Positions 1-9,156 of a stretch of 32,141 nt of DNA are shown one piece after another. Within the stretch, counting starts at the first letter, position 1. Every line of letters begins with the position of its first letter. Made by a program: the position numbers and the translations under genes. This DNA is from a virus. Lineage: Duplodnaviria; Caudoviricetes. The notes beneath the pieces are model-generated. The model searched no databases. It had not been told where the DNA came from and saw only the letters and a list, made by a program, of their open reading frames with translations. Location of the stretch: positions 1 through 32,141 of IMG/VR virus record IMGVR_UViG_3300042308_001312; one strand, 5' to 3'.

Positions 1-127
1 GCGACTCGGGTTTCATCCAGACCTTCACGCCCGACCCGAACGCGGCTCTGGGACAGGTCATCTCCTACGACTCGCAAAACCCCCGCGGGATCGCGATGTA
101 CATTGAATCGGACTACGCCGTCCAGGT
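1..127. repeat. Terminal direct repeat, left copy (circular assembly overlap)
   Basis: 1-127 is identical to 32015-32141. The capsid reading frame runs uninterrupted across the join. Confidence 0.97.
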
Positions 128-179
128 CCTCGGCGGCACGTCGAACAAGTGGGCGCGTCTCGCTACGGGCATCTCGTAG
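1..179 (+). CDS. Major capsid protein, C-terminal part (continues from 31177 across the circular join)
   Basis: Frame from position 3 reads DSGFIQTFTPDPNAALGQVISYDSQNPRGIAMYIESDYAVQVLGGTSNKWARLATGIS, then TAG at 177-179. Absent from the ORF track because the contig end splits it. Confidence 0.8.
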   Translation, partial: DSGFIQTFTPDPNAALGQVISYDSQNPRGIAMYIESDYAVQVLGGTSNKWARLATGIS

Positions 180-189
180 TCTCGCTCTA

Positions 190-213
190 GGGGCCGCTCT
201 ACGGGGCGGCCTC
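190..213 (+). terminator. GC-rich hairpin with cUACGg tetraloop after the capsid gene (pause/stability element or non-canonical terminator)
   Basis: GGCCGCTC-TACG-GGGCGGCC at 192-211 forms a UNCG loop closed by C-G. No U-tract follows. Confidence 0.5.
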
Positions 214-265
214 CCTCGACGGGGGCTAGGGTCCCATCCCCCGCTCTAGTCCCCGTCAAGGGAGG
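210..265 (+). promoter_or_regulatory. 22-bp stem-loop sequestering the Shine-Dalgarno of the gene at 271
   Basis: 210-231 pairs with 244-265 (one C-A mismatch, two G-U pairs). The 3' arm contains AGGGAGG (259-265), 5 nt before ATG 271. Confidence 0.65.
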
Positions 266-270
266 TTCCT

Positions 271-753
271 ATGGCCGAGATCTACACATTCGACGTTGTC
301 CCCGACGACATCGGGCGACTTCTCCCTCGTATCGCTTTCGACGCCCTCTCCGCTCCGACGCAGACGCAGGCCGAGGACATCATCCTCGACCACGCGGCGG
401 AGCTGTCGGCGTTCCTCTCGGGAATGGGGGTCGGGATCCAAGCGATCAACGATCACCCCGAGTATGCGATGTACAGGGTGTGCCAACGGTACATCCTCCT
501 ACGGTTCGCCGCCCAGGTGATCCGCCTTCGCAACCAGAACTCCCAGACCATGGCCGACCGTTTGGACGAACAGGCCGAGGGGTTGAAGGAGACCCTTCGG
601 ACCCGCCCCGCTGACATGGGGGCGCAACGTCCGAACGGTCCGAACTCGCCGAACATCCTCCGGTCGAACGCGACCTACGCCGAGCAGATCTACGTCCGGT
701 CCCTCAACTCTCGGTCGAGGGTCGCGATCAACGCCGCCGTCGATCGGATGTGA
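271..753 (+). CDS. Putative head-tail adaptor (Mu gp36/SPP1 gp15 position)
   Basis: 160-aa, helical-looking ORF directly after the capsid gene with a strong SD. Function inferred from position. Confidence 0.55.
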   Translation: MAEIYTFDVVPDDIGRLLPRIAFDALSAPTQTQAEDIILDHAAELSAFLSGMGVGIQAINDHPEYAMYRVCQRYILLRFAAQVIRLRNQNSQTMADRLDEQAEGLKETLRTRPADMGAQRPNGPNSPNILRSNATYAEQIYVRSLNSRSRVAINAAVDRM

Positions 754-757
754 TCCG

Positions 758-1411
758 ATGGGGTCGGTGTTCCTCAAGTTGACGAACAACGCCCAGGACG
801 GCGTCGAGGCCCTCGAGCTCGCGATTCGCAACGCGGGCGATTGGTCGGCGTTCTGGGGTAACAGGAACTCCCCCCTGTCGCAGCTCTGGGCGCGGTCGCG
901 TGTCGACATGTTCGCGACGCAGGGGAGCTCGACCGGCGCGTCGTGGCCCCCCTACACCTACCTCGAGAAGAAGTACTGGCTCCCGATCAAGCGGTGGGCG
1001 TTGCATACGGGTCGAATCGAGCCTCGACACATTCTGCGGTGGTCTCGGTCGCCCTCGAGGACCGCGGGCTCGGGCGAGCGTCTCTACCCCTCGTTTGCGA
1101 TGGTGAACCACGCCGAGTACGTCTGGGAGGTCTCGGGGAACACGGTCCGCATGGGGTCTGCGGTACCCTATGCCGCGAACCACAACTCGGGGACGGGGTC
1201 CTACGAGAGGCGAACCAGTCGCAACCAAAAGGGCCGGATCGTCGTCCCGACTCCCAAGCGTCCCCTCGTCAACTTTGGTTCTCCCTTCATCGCCGATCTG
1301 CGGTATGCTCTCGGAGTCCAGGCGGCGGCCATGGGTGGCAAGGTGGGAATCACCGACGCCGAGCTCGCCCGCCGGTTCAAGTTGAACGGCGGCAAGATAG
1401 GACTGCGGTAG
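758..1411 (+). CDS. Virion morphogenesis / tail completion protein (Mu gpG / P2 gpS-like)
   Basis: Family-like motifs WPPYTYLEKK, HIL...LYPS, GSAVPYAANHNSG and PTPKRP. Basic protein in the neck position. Confidence 0.7.
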   Translation: MGSVFLKLTNNAQDGVEALELAIRNAGDWSAFWGNRNSPLSQLWARSRVDMFATQGSSTGASWPPYTYLEKKYWLPIKRWALHTGRIEPRHILRWSRSPSRTAGSGERLYPSFAMVNHAEYVWEVSGNTVRMGSAVPYAANHNSGTGSYERRTSRNQKGRIVVPTPKRPLVNFGSPFIADLRYALGVQAAAMGGKVGITDAELARRFKLNGGKIGLR

Positions 1412-1412
1412 T

Positions 1413-2045
1413 ATGCCCAACCCCTCTACAAGCTATGGCCCGCAGATCGTCGCCAACACGGCGATCGACCTCGTGACGACGAACTGGGCGACCGTCTGCG
1501 ACGCCGCTTGGTTGTCTGCGATGGGAGCTCCCAACCTTCCGGCTCCGATCGCCTCGAACATGTTCACCTCTCGGCGGGCGTTGTTCACCGCGGAGTCGCA
1601 ACCGAAGATCGGCCTCTCGGTCATCCGAACCGACTCGGTCGTGACGGACGCCCTTGGAGCGATGGACCAAGTTCACGAACTCGAGATCTCGGTCTGCTCG
1701 GACTGGGGTTACTACGACGGAGGGGGTGTCCATCCTCTCGTCGAGGCCGACCCCGGCGACCCTCCGATCGCGTTTACGCCCGAGGTCTACGAGACGGCCC
1801 TCCGCGCCTACGTCGAGGGGGTCGTCATGATCTTGACCTCGCCCGAATGGGGGTTCCCTAACCTCGACGCTCGGAATAGGTTCACAATCGGTTGGCCGGG
1901 GACAGGGATCTACAACTCGGCCCCCGGTTCGGGGATCACCGCCCAGGACTTCGTCATCGGCCAAGACGAGACAGGTCAAACGATAATCCAAGAGACGGTC
2001 CGCGCCTCGATTCAAGTCTTCCAACGTCGCTCCCTCGCAAGGTGA
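1413..2045 (+). CDS. Putative tail terminator / tail completion protein
   Basis: 210-aa acidic ORF directly before the tail tube gene. Function inferred from position only. Confidence 0.45.
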   Translation: MPNPSTSYGPQIVANTAIDLVTTNWATVCDAAWLSAMGAPNLPAPIASNMFTSRRALFTAESQPKIGLSVIRTDSVVTDALGAMDQVHELEISVCSDWGYYDGGGVHPLVEADPGDPPIAFTPEVYETALRAYVEGVVMILTSPEWGFPNLDARNRFTIGWPGTGIYNSAPGSGITAQDFVIGQDETGQTIIQETVRASIQVFQRRSLAR

Positions 2046-2049
2046 CCCC

Positions 2050-3201
2050 ATGCCCGCAGTAACAACGACTCCGCAGTACCTCCTCGCGTCCAACCTCTCC
2101 GCGGTCTACATCAAGACGCAGACGGCCCTCGGCGTCTACGAGGACCCGACCCCCGAAACTGACCCGGTGACCGACCCTCAAACGTTCGTTGGAACTAACG
2201 CCTTGCGCGTGGTCGGGACTCCGTCGTTTGCGGTTCGCGGCGCGGGAATCATCCAACGGGCGGACGTCATGACCCCGTGGGGCGGCAACCAGTCCTCGAA
2301 GACCGGCGGCCTCGGGTGGGACATCACCCTCTCGACCGAGTTGTTTTGGCAACTCGGCGAGGAACTCGACCTCGAGCTCCTCTCGTTGACGCAGCTCGCC
2401 CCTCTGTTCCTCGCGTCGCCCTTCGCGATCAAGGATCTGACTCTCGGCATCATCGGCCTCGAGGTCCAACCGTTGTTCTGGGCCGAGGAGACCCGCGCCA
2501 ACGTCGATTTTGCCTGTCAACCCTTCTCGATCGTCTACCAGGAGGAAGGCGGCAAGCGGTTCGAGGCCTACGACTGCCTCTGCGTCCCGAAGCTCTCGTG
2601 GGAGTACGGACAGAAGGTCATGATCGAGTGGACGATCAAGGGCAAGTGGCGGCCGGTGACGTCCTCGCCGGGAACGACGATCCCAGTGTACCGCGCCCCC
2701 GACGTGGAGCCTCCGATCATTGGAGTGAACTGTTCGCTTACCCTCACCGACTTCTTCGAGAACGTCAACGCGGTCTCCAAGGTGACGATCGACACCGGTT
2801 GGGCGATCAACGACGTGGCGGACTTTCGCGAGACCTACGGGTTTGGTCTGGGGTTCATCAATCTTGCGGCCTCGCCCTCGATCGAGCTCGACGTGGCGGA
2901 CTTCGCCGAGGGCCCCTCGACGACGACCGACCCCGGTCCTCCGATCGTGGTTACCAACACGGGTTTGCAACCCGATTGGACCGACGCCGAGGCCAACACG
3001 ATCCTCACCGAGCTCAATCTGACGATGACTGTCGGGGCCTACACTATGGGGTTCCTCCTTGCCAACCCGCAGCTCGTGGCGTTCCCGACTCCGGGGGAGA
3101 CGAACTCCTACCGGACGAACACCCTCAAGTTCCAAGGCATCCCCGACTCGGCCGCTACGGTCATGACTTGGGCCTTCGCCCAGACCGTCACGCCTCCCTA
3201 G
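2050..3201 (+). CDS. Putative major tail (tube) protein
   Basis: 383 aa, beta-rich and Thr/Gly-rich. Lies immediately before the frameshifting chaperone and tape measure genes. Confidence 0.65.
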   Translation: MPAVTTTPQYLLASNLSAVYIKTQTALGVYEDPTPETDPVTDPQTFVGTNALRVVGTPSFAVRGAGIIQRADVMTPWGGNQSSKTGGLGWDITLSTELFWQLGEELDLELLSLTQLAPLFLASPFAIKDLTLGIIGLEVQPLFWAEETRANVDFACQPFSIVYQEEGGKRFEAYDCLCVPKLSWEYGQKVMIEWTIKGKWRPVTSSPGTTIPVYRAPDVEPPIIGVNCSLTLTDFFENVNAVSKVTIDTGWAINDVADFRETYGFGLGFINLAASPSIELDVADFAEGPSTTTDPGPPIVVTNTGLQPDWTDAEANTILTELNLTMTVGAYTMGFLLANPQLVAFPTPGETNSYRTNTLKFQGIPDSAATVMTWAFAQTVTPP

Positions 3202-3241
3202 TCTTCCCACCATTACCCCGAACCGCAAAGGAGGGGCCGCT

Positions 3242-3613
3242 ATGTTGACGTTTGTCGAGAGTCACTGGGTCGAAGTCGAGATCTACCGGACCAAGGTCCG
3301 CCTACAATGTCGGGAACCGAACGCCCTCGAGGGGGCGCGGTACTTCCAAGCGGTGTCGAGGAGCATGGATCGGAAGGACGAGGTCGACGGCCTCGCCCAG
3401 ATCATCCAGATCCACCTCGACCTCCTCGTTGCCTGTCTAAAAGGGTCCGAAGGCGTGGAACCTGCGTTCCCCTCCGAAGGTACCGAGGCCGAGCGGCGGG
3501 CGTGGGTCACTCGAATCCCCTGGAACGACGTCTCGGCGATCGCCTCGGAGGTCGCGACGGTCGGCTACCCAAAAACTGGAGCCGAGTCGTCTGGCGGGAC
3601 TACGCTCGGCTAA
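3242..3613 (+). CDS. Tail assembly chaperone (lambda gpG-like)
   Basis: 123 aa with SD AAGGAGG. Sits between tail tube and tape measure. Ends ...GYPK over a slippery heptamer. Confidence 0.75.
   Translation: MLTFVESHWVEVEIYRTKVRLQCREPNALEGARYFQAVSRSMDRKDEVDGLAQIIQIHLDLLVACLKGSEGVEPAFPSEGTEAERRAWVTRIPWNDVSAIASEVATVGYPKTGAESSGGTTLG
3568..3574 (+). promoter_or_regulatory. -1 programmed ribosomal frameshift site C CCA AAA
   Basis: X XXY YYZ heptamer in the correct phase (TAC CCA AAA). The -1 frame (CCC AAA AAC TGG...) stays open to TAG 3960. Confidence 0.8.
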
Positions 3614-3960
3614 TCACGTCTCACTCGATGCGGTGTTGGGAGTGTCCCGACGAGGTCCGCTACCGTAGGGGTTGCACGATGGGTTACAGACAGGGGCTAG
3701 GCTACGAGGGCAAGGACGCACTCCCGGTCACTTGCCCTGTCCTTCTCGGCGAACCTGCGGGGTTTTGGGGTGCGATGCGGTTGCACAAGTGGATCGAGCG
3801 GGGTAGTCCCTCGATTACCCTCGAGCAAGTTACTCACTCCCAGTTGGAGCTCGCCGAGTTGGTTCAACACGAGGTCCAAGAGGGCGAGAAGAACTACCTC
3901 GATCGACGCGAGAAGGCGAACGCCCGCCTCGCCGAGCTCGCCTCCAAGATGAAGGGCTAG
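3574..3960 (+). CDS. Frameshift extension of the tail chaperone (gpT-like; fusion 3242..3960, ~239 aa)
   Basis: 3' part of the 3307..3960 ORF (NWSRVVWRDYARL...KMKG). It fills the gap up to the tape measure ATG at 3964. Confidence 0.75.
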   Translation, partial: NWSRVVWRDYARLITSHSMRCWECPDEVRYRRGCTMGYRQGLGYEGKDALPVTCPVLLGEPAGFWGAMRLHKWIERGSPSITLEQVTHSQLELAELVQHEVQEGEKNYLDRREKANARLAELASKMKG

Positions 3961-3963
3961 ACC

Positions 3964-5796
3964 ATGGCGAAGACTGTAGCGGAGATCGACGGCGACTCTA
4001 GTGGACTCGTCGGAGCCCTCGACAAGGGTCGCGACGGGATGGTCAAAATGGAGGCCTCGGGGAAGAAGCTCTCCGACCAGTTGAAAGAGGTCGCCGACAA
4101 GGCCGACCAGGCGGCCGGGGCGATCGTCGAAAGGGTCGGCGGACCCAAGGCGATCGCGGCCCTCGGCGGCGCGGGGATCGCACTGGGAGGGGCCAAAATG
4201 GCGGCCGACTTCTTCTTGAACTCGGTCGAGAAGTTGTTCAAGTCCATGGGCGACGAGGGAATGAAGGTCTGGGCGGACGTCGAGGAGTCTCTCTCGAAGA
4301 TCTCCGGTGCGTTCGCAAAGGTCGTCCTCGGCGGCGGGTCGGCAGAGGATATGGGGAAGAAGTTGATCACGGTCTTCGACGGCCTCGCGAAGATCGTCGA
4401 GGTCCTCGTGACCTACGGGTTTCCGGGGTTGAAGCTCGGTTTCGACGCTCTCGCGTTTGCGATGGAGGGGTTGAATAAACTCACGGGGGAGGGGGTCGAG
4501 AAGTTCGACGCCCTCAAACGGTCGCAGGACGCCTACGCCTCGGCGACCGCAGTCACCAACGTCGAGAACTTGACGAAGGCCTACACGGACCTCTCGACGA
4601 GCCTCCAAGGTGTGATCGGCGACGAGACCGCCCTCGCTATGTCGGCCAACGATCGCGCCCAGGCGGAGATGCAAGCGTTGAAGGCGTCATTCATCAAAGT
4701 GGGCGACATCATTCGCGACACCGAGATCCGAAAGGAGGTCGAAAAACATCGGGACGGGATCGAGAGGCAAGCTGCGGCCGAGGTCGCGAACCTTGACCTC
4801 ACGGCGTATGGTATGGGTTGGAAGATGGTCGCCGAGCGCGAAATGGCGGACCGGGTCGCAACGAAGACGGGCGAGATGTACTCCTCGATCGCGAAGAAGT
4901 TCGCGGAGTCGGGCAAGAACGCCTACTCGTTCATGCCGCAGGCTCTCCAAGAGGCCTACGACTCGGCGGAGGCCGACCTCTCTCTCCTCTGGGAGAAGGC
5001 AAATATGCTCTACGACCGCTACCTCGGCAAGGAACCCAAGCCCCCGTCGTCGACCGGTGGCGGAGCTCCCAAGGCCGCGTCGGCGGCTCCGGTGATCGGC
5101 GAGGCGGAGGCGGCGGAGAAGGCGGCTCGAGATGCGCGTATGGCCGAGTACTTCAAAGAAGACGAGGAGATGAAGAAGACGATCGCCGCCTCCTACGAAA
5201 ACTTTGGGATGGGGATCACTCGGGTCTTGTTTGGAACTGGCGATCTGGCCGACAGTTTCACGATCCTAGGCGGCGAGATCAAGGCTGTCTGGAATGGGAT
5301 CGTCGACGACACGGTCACGGGGATCGAGGAGGTCGGAAATGCAACGGCGAAGGTCGAAACCGCTCGGTCTGCCTTCTACGACAAGTGGATTGCCAACCAG
5401 GCGAAGATGATCGGGACTGCGATCGGCAACGGCGAGAAAATGGCGGACATCGGTCGCAAGGCGATCGGAATGGTGGTCTCGGGCCTCGGCGACGAGATGC
5501 TCGCGAGGGCCTCAATCGCGACCTTCTCGGGCAACTTTGCCGGGGCGGCGGGCCTCACCGCCGGAGCTGTCGCGGCCTATGCGGCCGCGTCCGCGTTGGG
5601 AGCCTCTGGAAAGAAGGCGGCGACCGCGACCGCGGCAACTGGCCCCGCCCCCTCTCCGGTGACGAATAACACCTCCTACAACCTCCAGGTTGACGCGGCG
5701 TTCGCGGACGAGGAAGGTATCGCCCGAGCGTTCTCGAAGGCGCAAGCGATCGCAAAGTCGCGGCACATGTTCCGCGAGGCCATGGCGGCCTACTAG
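3964..5796 (+). CDS. Tape measure protein
   Basis: 610 aa, Ala/Gly-rich and helical. N-terminus VAEIDGDSSGL, C-terminal VTNNTSYNLQV. Follows the G/GT chaperone pair. Confidence 0.8.
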   Translation: MAKTVAEIDGDSSGLVGALDKGRDGMVKMEASGKKLSDQLKEVADKADQAAGAIVERVGGPKAIAALGGAGIALGGAKMAADFFLNSVEKLFKSMGDEGMKVWADVEESLSKISGAFAKVVLGGGSAEDMGKKLITVFDGLAKIVEVLVTYGFPGLKLGFDALAFAMEGLNKLTGEGVEKFDALKRSQDAYASATAVTNVENLTKAYTDLSTSLQGVIGDETALAMSANDRAQAEMQALKASFIKVGDIIRDTEIRKEVEKHRDGIERQAAAEVANLDLTAYGMGWKMVAEREMADRVATKTGEMYSSIAKKFAESGKNAYSFMPQALQEAYDSAEADLSLLWEKANMLYDRYLGKEPKPPSSTGGGAPKAASAAPVIGEAEAAEKAARDARMAEYFKEDEEMKKTIAASYENFGMGITRVLFGTGDLADSFTILGGEIKAVWNGIVDDTVTGIEEVGNATAKVETARSAFYDKWIANQAKMIGTAIGNGEKMADIGRKAIGMVVSGLGDEMLARASIATFSGNFAGAAGLTAGAVAAYAAASALGASGKKAATATAATGPAPSPVTNNTSYNLQVDAAFADEEGIARAFSKAQAIAKSRHMFREAMAAY

Positions 5797-5805
5797 GAGT
5801 CTCGA

Positions 5806-6651
5806 ATGGCGAACTTTCCTCTGATCACTTGGGAGGTCACCCTCCCGAAGTTCACCGCCTCTCTCGGCGGAGGTGCGGCGGTCGACGTCGAGCCTCTCGC
5901 AGGGTACGGGTTCGGCCTTGCGGCGGTCCCTTCGGACACCGCCTCGGGCGACTCCATCGCAGGGGCCGTCTGCCTTGCTCTCCAAGCGGCTCTAGGGGGG
6001 ATTGCACCGTCTGCGACCTACCAGTTCACCGCAAACACGATCCCCGCGACCTCGCCCCTATTGTGGACGCTCTACACGGCCTACGGGGATCCCCTTGTCC
6101 TCGACTTTGGGACCGACGCGAACGCAGCGATCTACGGGTTCGACGACTCCATCATCTCGATCTACGACGGAGTCCAGGCAACGCAGACAACCTTCAACCC
6201 CGCCGGTGTCTGGGTACCCTGCGGCGTCGCCGGAGACGTTCGGCGGTCGACCATGCAACGGGCGGCGGCGAGCTCGTCGGAAATGTCGGGCCTCTCGACC
6301 GACGTGGTCAACTGGGGTCAAGTCGCCAACCTCGAGTTCTTGTCCTCCATCTTCCCCGCGGCCAACCTCACTCGATGGTACGCCTCGATCGACCCCTACT
6401 ACACGGCGGCGGGTCGGTTGGCCCTCGACCCGAACAACACCCTAGAAGGCCTCCTCGAGGCCGCGGCGACTGGGGTGACCTTCCGCCTCTACCGCGAACA
6501 GGCGGACACCGGCGGCACGACTCCTACGACCTACAACGAGGCCCGTATGCCGATGATCTCGGAGAAGTCCTCGGCGGCGGACTACGCCCAGGCGGACGAC
6601 GAGCCTAGGCTGTGGTCGACGACGGGGATGTTTTTTCGGGGGAACACCTAG
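5806..6651 (+). CDS. Putative distal tail / tail-tip protein
   Basis: 281 aa directly after the tape measure gene, SD AGGAG. Function inferred from position. Confidence 0.45.
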   Translation: MANFPLITWEVTLPKFTASLGGGAAVDVEPLAGYGFGLAAVPSDTASGDSIAGAVCLALQAALGGIAPSATYQFTANTIPATSPLLWTLYTAYGDPLVLDFGTDANAAIYGFDDSIISIYDGVQATQTTFNPAGVWVPCGVAGDVRRSTMQRAAASSSEMSGLSTDVVNWGQVANLEFLSSIFPAANLTRWYASIDPYYTAAGRLALDPNNTLEGLLEAAATGVTFRLYREQADTGGTTPTTYNEARMPMISEKSSAADYAQADDEPRLWSTTGMFFRGNT

Positions 6652-9155
6652 TGGCCTCCGATCGGGTCATCATCGTCCGAATCCGGGGCGTTGGGTACAC
6701 CACCGGCCCCTCGTACCCGTTGACAATGACCTCGCGGGGTACCCTCCCCTACCTACCTTTCCAGACACTCCAAGGCGTAGTCTGCGATCTGGGGTCGCAG
6801 TTCTCCTCGGAGATCGCCGTCTTCGGCTCGATGGGGTCGGACCCGACGACCTCCTTCTCGGTTCTCTCAACGCCTGCGACGTTGTCGGTCATGTTGTCGA
6901 GGGGGACGAACTCCCTTCGGAACAGCTCGAACAACGGCGCCGTCCGGACGTCGAGGTATGTCACTCCGTCGCCTACCCCGACGATCTACTGCGACGACAC
7001 AACCAACCTTTTCGCGAACGACTTCGTCCGAATCGGCGGCTCGGCTTTTCGGGTGACCTCGGTTCCCACGGCGGTCTCGTTTGTCGCCGAGTACATTTAC
7101 GGGTCGGTCCCAGTCCCGATCCCAATGCAGATCTACGGGGCGGCGGACCCGCTCGGAGCTGTCATCAACGGGATCAAGTTGTCGGGGGTCGTCTACCAGT
7201 CGGGAGGTATCGAGCAGCTCCCAGTCACAATCTCGACCGCTCCCCTCTCGGCGACCTCGACGGCCGACGAGGAGGTCATCTTCCGCGGGATGGTCTCCAA
7301 GGTCTCGACGGACACCTCGGCGCGGGGGTCAAACCAGATCAAGGTAGACTGTCAATCGATTATGGGGGTCATCCGAAACACGCCCTTTCGGCCGGTCCCC
7401 ATGCAGTTCTACTTTTGGAACGATCAAAACAACCCCTCTGCGACGGCGATCGACATCCTCAACCCCCTCTCCGGGTCGAACCTCAAAATGGAGTCGATCT
7501 GGGACCCCCGCCTCCTCGGTAAACCTTGGAGCGTACTCACCCCAAGCGCGTACGAAACCAGAGTACCCGCAATCCAGATCCGCAAAGACAAGTCGGGCGG
7601 AGTCTTCTTCTTGGACACCATCGCCGACCCGCTCTCGGACTACTTCTTGATCGGCGCAACCTCGCGGTCGACCGGCTCGGACGAAGGGGTGACCATGGCC
7701 GGGTTCCCCTTCTACTTCTCCGAGGGGGTCTACACGGGCGGAGCTCGGCCCTCGTTGACGGTCGACTACGGGGTCTCTCCGCTACTGCCTGCAGGGACAA
7801 CGGAGAGTCTCGTGGGAACCGGTCAACGGGTCTCCGAGGACTGGGTCTCCGAGATCGCGTTCTGGGCAAACAATCCCTATGCGGCTGTTATCGACCTAAT
7901 CTTCGGAACCTTCAACGTGGACGTTAGCGGAGCGGACGGCGTTCGCCCTGCGGGAATGTCCGCGTGGTTGCCATTCGGATGGTCGGAGATCGACGAGATC
8001 ATTGACATTGGGTCCCTCTTGTCGGTCCTTTCACCGGACCTCGCGGACTCGCTTCCTCGTATGCGATCGGACGACGGAGAGACGGGGATCCTTTTCCCCT
8101 ACCAACACGCCCAGGCGAAGACGGTGGGCGACGTCTTGGACTGGGTGTTCAAGCGGTCGGGGATGTTCATGGTCTACGACCGCGGCCAACTCAAGTTCGG
8201 CAAGTGGGCGGGGTCCGGGGTCTGGCCTACCGTCTGCGACGACGCGGGCCTCGCCGAGCCTCGGGTGACTCTCAACTTCGACCGAGGGAACGCGATTCAA
8301 CAGGTCGAGGTCGACTTCGTGTCTGCGATCAAAACCGAAGACATTTCCCGATCAAAGGTCCCAGTCACGAACACGGATCGGCTTGTCTCGGGGTCGGGAA
8401 AGACGATCACCCTTGGCAACTTCTACGCCCCGAACGGAGCGAACGGGCAACTCGAGAACTCCCAGGCTCTCGAAACGGCGATCGCAATGGTCGGCCGGTT
8501 CTCCAAGGCGGCGGCGATCGTCGAGGTGACCTACCGCGACGACGTCTACGACCTCGACGTGGGCGAGTTCATCACCTTCTCGACCGCCTACCTCCCGAAC
8601 GCAGGGGGAACGATGGGCCTCGTGGGCGCGACGGGTTTCGTGTTGAAGGCCTCGAGGTCGTGGAAGACCCCGAGGACGACCTACACGCTGTTCCTCTACA
8701 ACTACCTCAACGCGGTGACCCGTCTTTCGATGATCTCCGCGACTGGGGTCGTCCTCGAGGTGATCGACGACTACACGATCAAGCTCGAGGCGAACGCCTA
8801 CACGGTCCCCCTCCCCGAGACACGCGAACGAGCTCCGGCGACCGACGCCGAGGCCTTCGAGCAGACACTAGTTCGGTTTGACGCTAAACTTCCGTTGCAG
8901 CTCCTCGACCAGTATGGGACCCCCTACCTTGTGACCGCAAAACTTGTCTCGGTTGACCTCGACAACGACACCCTCACTTTCGACGACGTCCAGTTTGCCG
9001 GAGCTGTCCCCGGTGACGTGATCGTCATCGCTCCGGCCCCCGACGTCGAGGCGGAGTCTCCGTCGACTTTCGCTGCGATGTGGGACGCCTTCCAAGCGGA
9101 CGGCGCGGGCCTCGTAGACGGCGACGAGGCTCTCTCTAACCCTTGGATGATCTAA
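6651..9155 (+). CDS. Large tail-tip / baseplate-hub-like protein (~834 aa)
   Basis: GTG 6651 overlaps the upstream TAG (TAGTG). Has hub-like segments (EVIFRGMVSKV...IKVDCQS; DLDVGEFITF). Confidence 0.55.
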   Translation: MASDRVIIVRIRGVGYTTGPSYPLTMTSRGTLPYLPFQTLQGVVCDLGSQFSSEIAVFGSMGSDPTTSFSVLSTPATLSVMLSRGTNSLRNSSNNGAVRTSRYVTPSPTPTIYCDDTTNLFANDFVRIGGSAFRVTSVPTAVSFVAEYIYGSVPVPIPMQIYGAADPLGAVINGIKLSGVVYQSGGIEQLPVTISTAPLSATSTADEEVIFRGMVSKVSTDTSARGSNQIKVDCQSIMGVIRNTPFRPVPMQFYFWNDQNNPSATAIDILNPLSGSNLKMESIWDPRLLGKPWSVLTPSAYETRVPAIQIRKDKSGGVFFLDTIADPLSDYFLIGATSRSTGSDEGVTMAGFPFYFSEGVYTGGARPSLTVDYGVSPLLPAGTTESLVGTGQRVSEDWVSEIAFWANNPYAAVIDLIFGTFNVDVSGADGVRPAGMSAWLPFGWSEIDEIIDIGSLLSVLSPDLADSLPRMRSDDGETGILFPYQHAQAKTVGDVLDWVFKRSGMFMVYDRGQLKFGKWAGSGVWPTVCDDAGLAEPRVTLNFDRGNAIQQVEVDFVSAIKTEDISRSKVPVTNTDRLVSGSGKTITLGNFYAPNGANGQLENSQALETAIAMVGRFSKAAAIVEVTYRDDVYDLDVGEFITFSTAYLPNAGGTMGLVGATGFVLKASRSWKTPRTTYTLFLYNYLNAVTRLSMISATGVVLEVIDDYTIKLEANAYTVPLPETRERAPATDAEAFEQTLVRFDAKLPLQLLDQYGTPYLVTAKLVSVDLDNDTLTFDDVQFAGAVPGDVIVIAPAPDVEAESPSTFAAMWDAFQADGAGLVDGDEALSNPWMI

Positions 9156-9156
9156 C

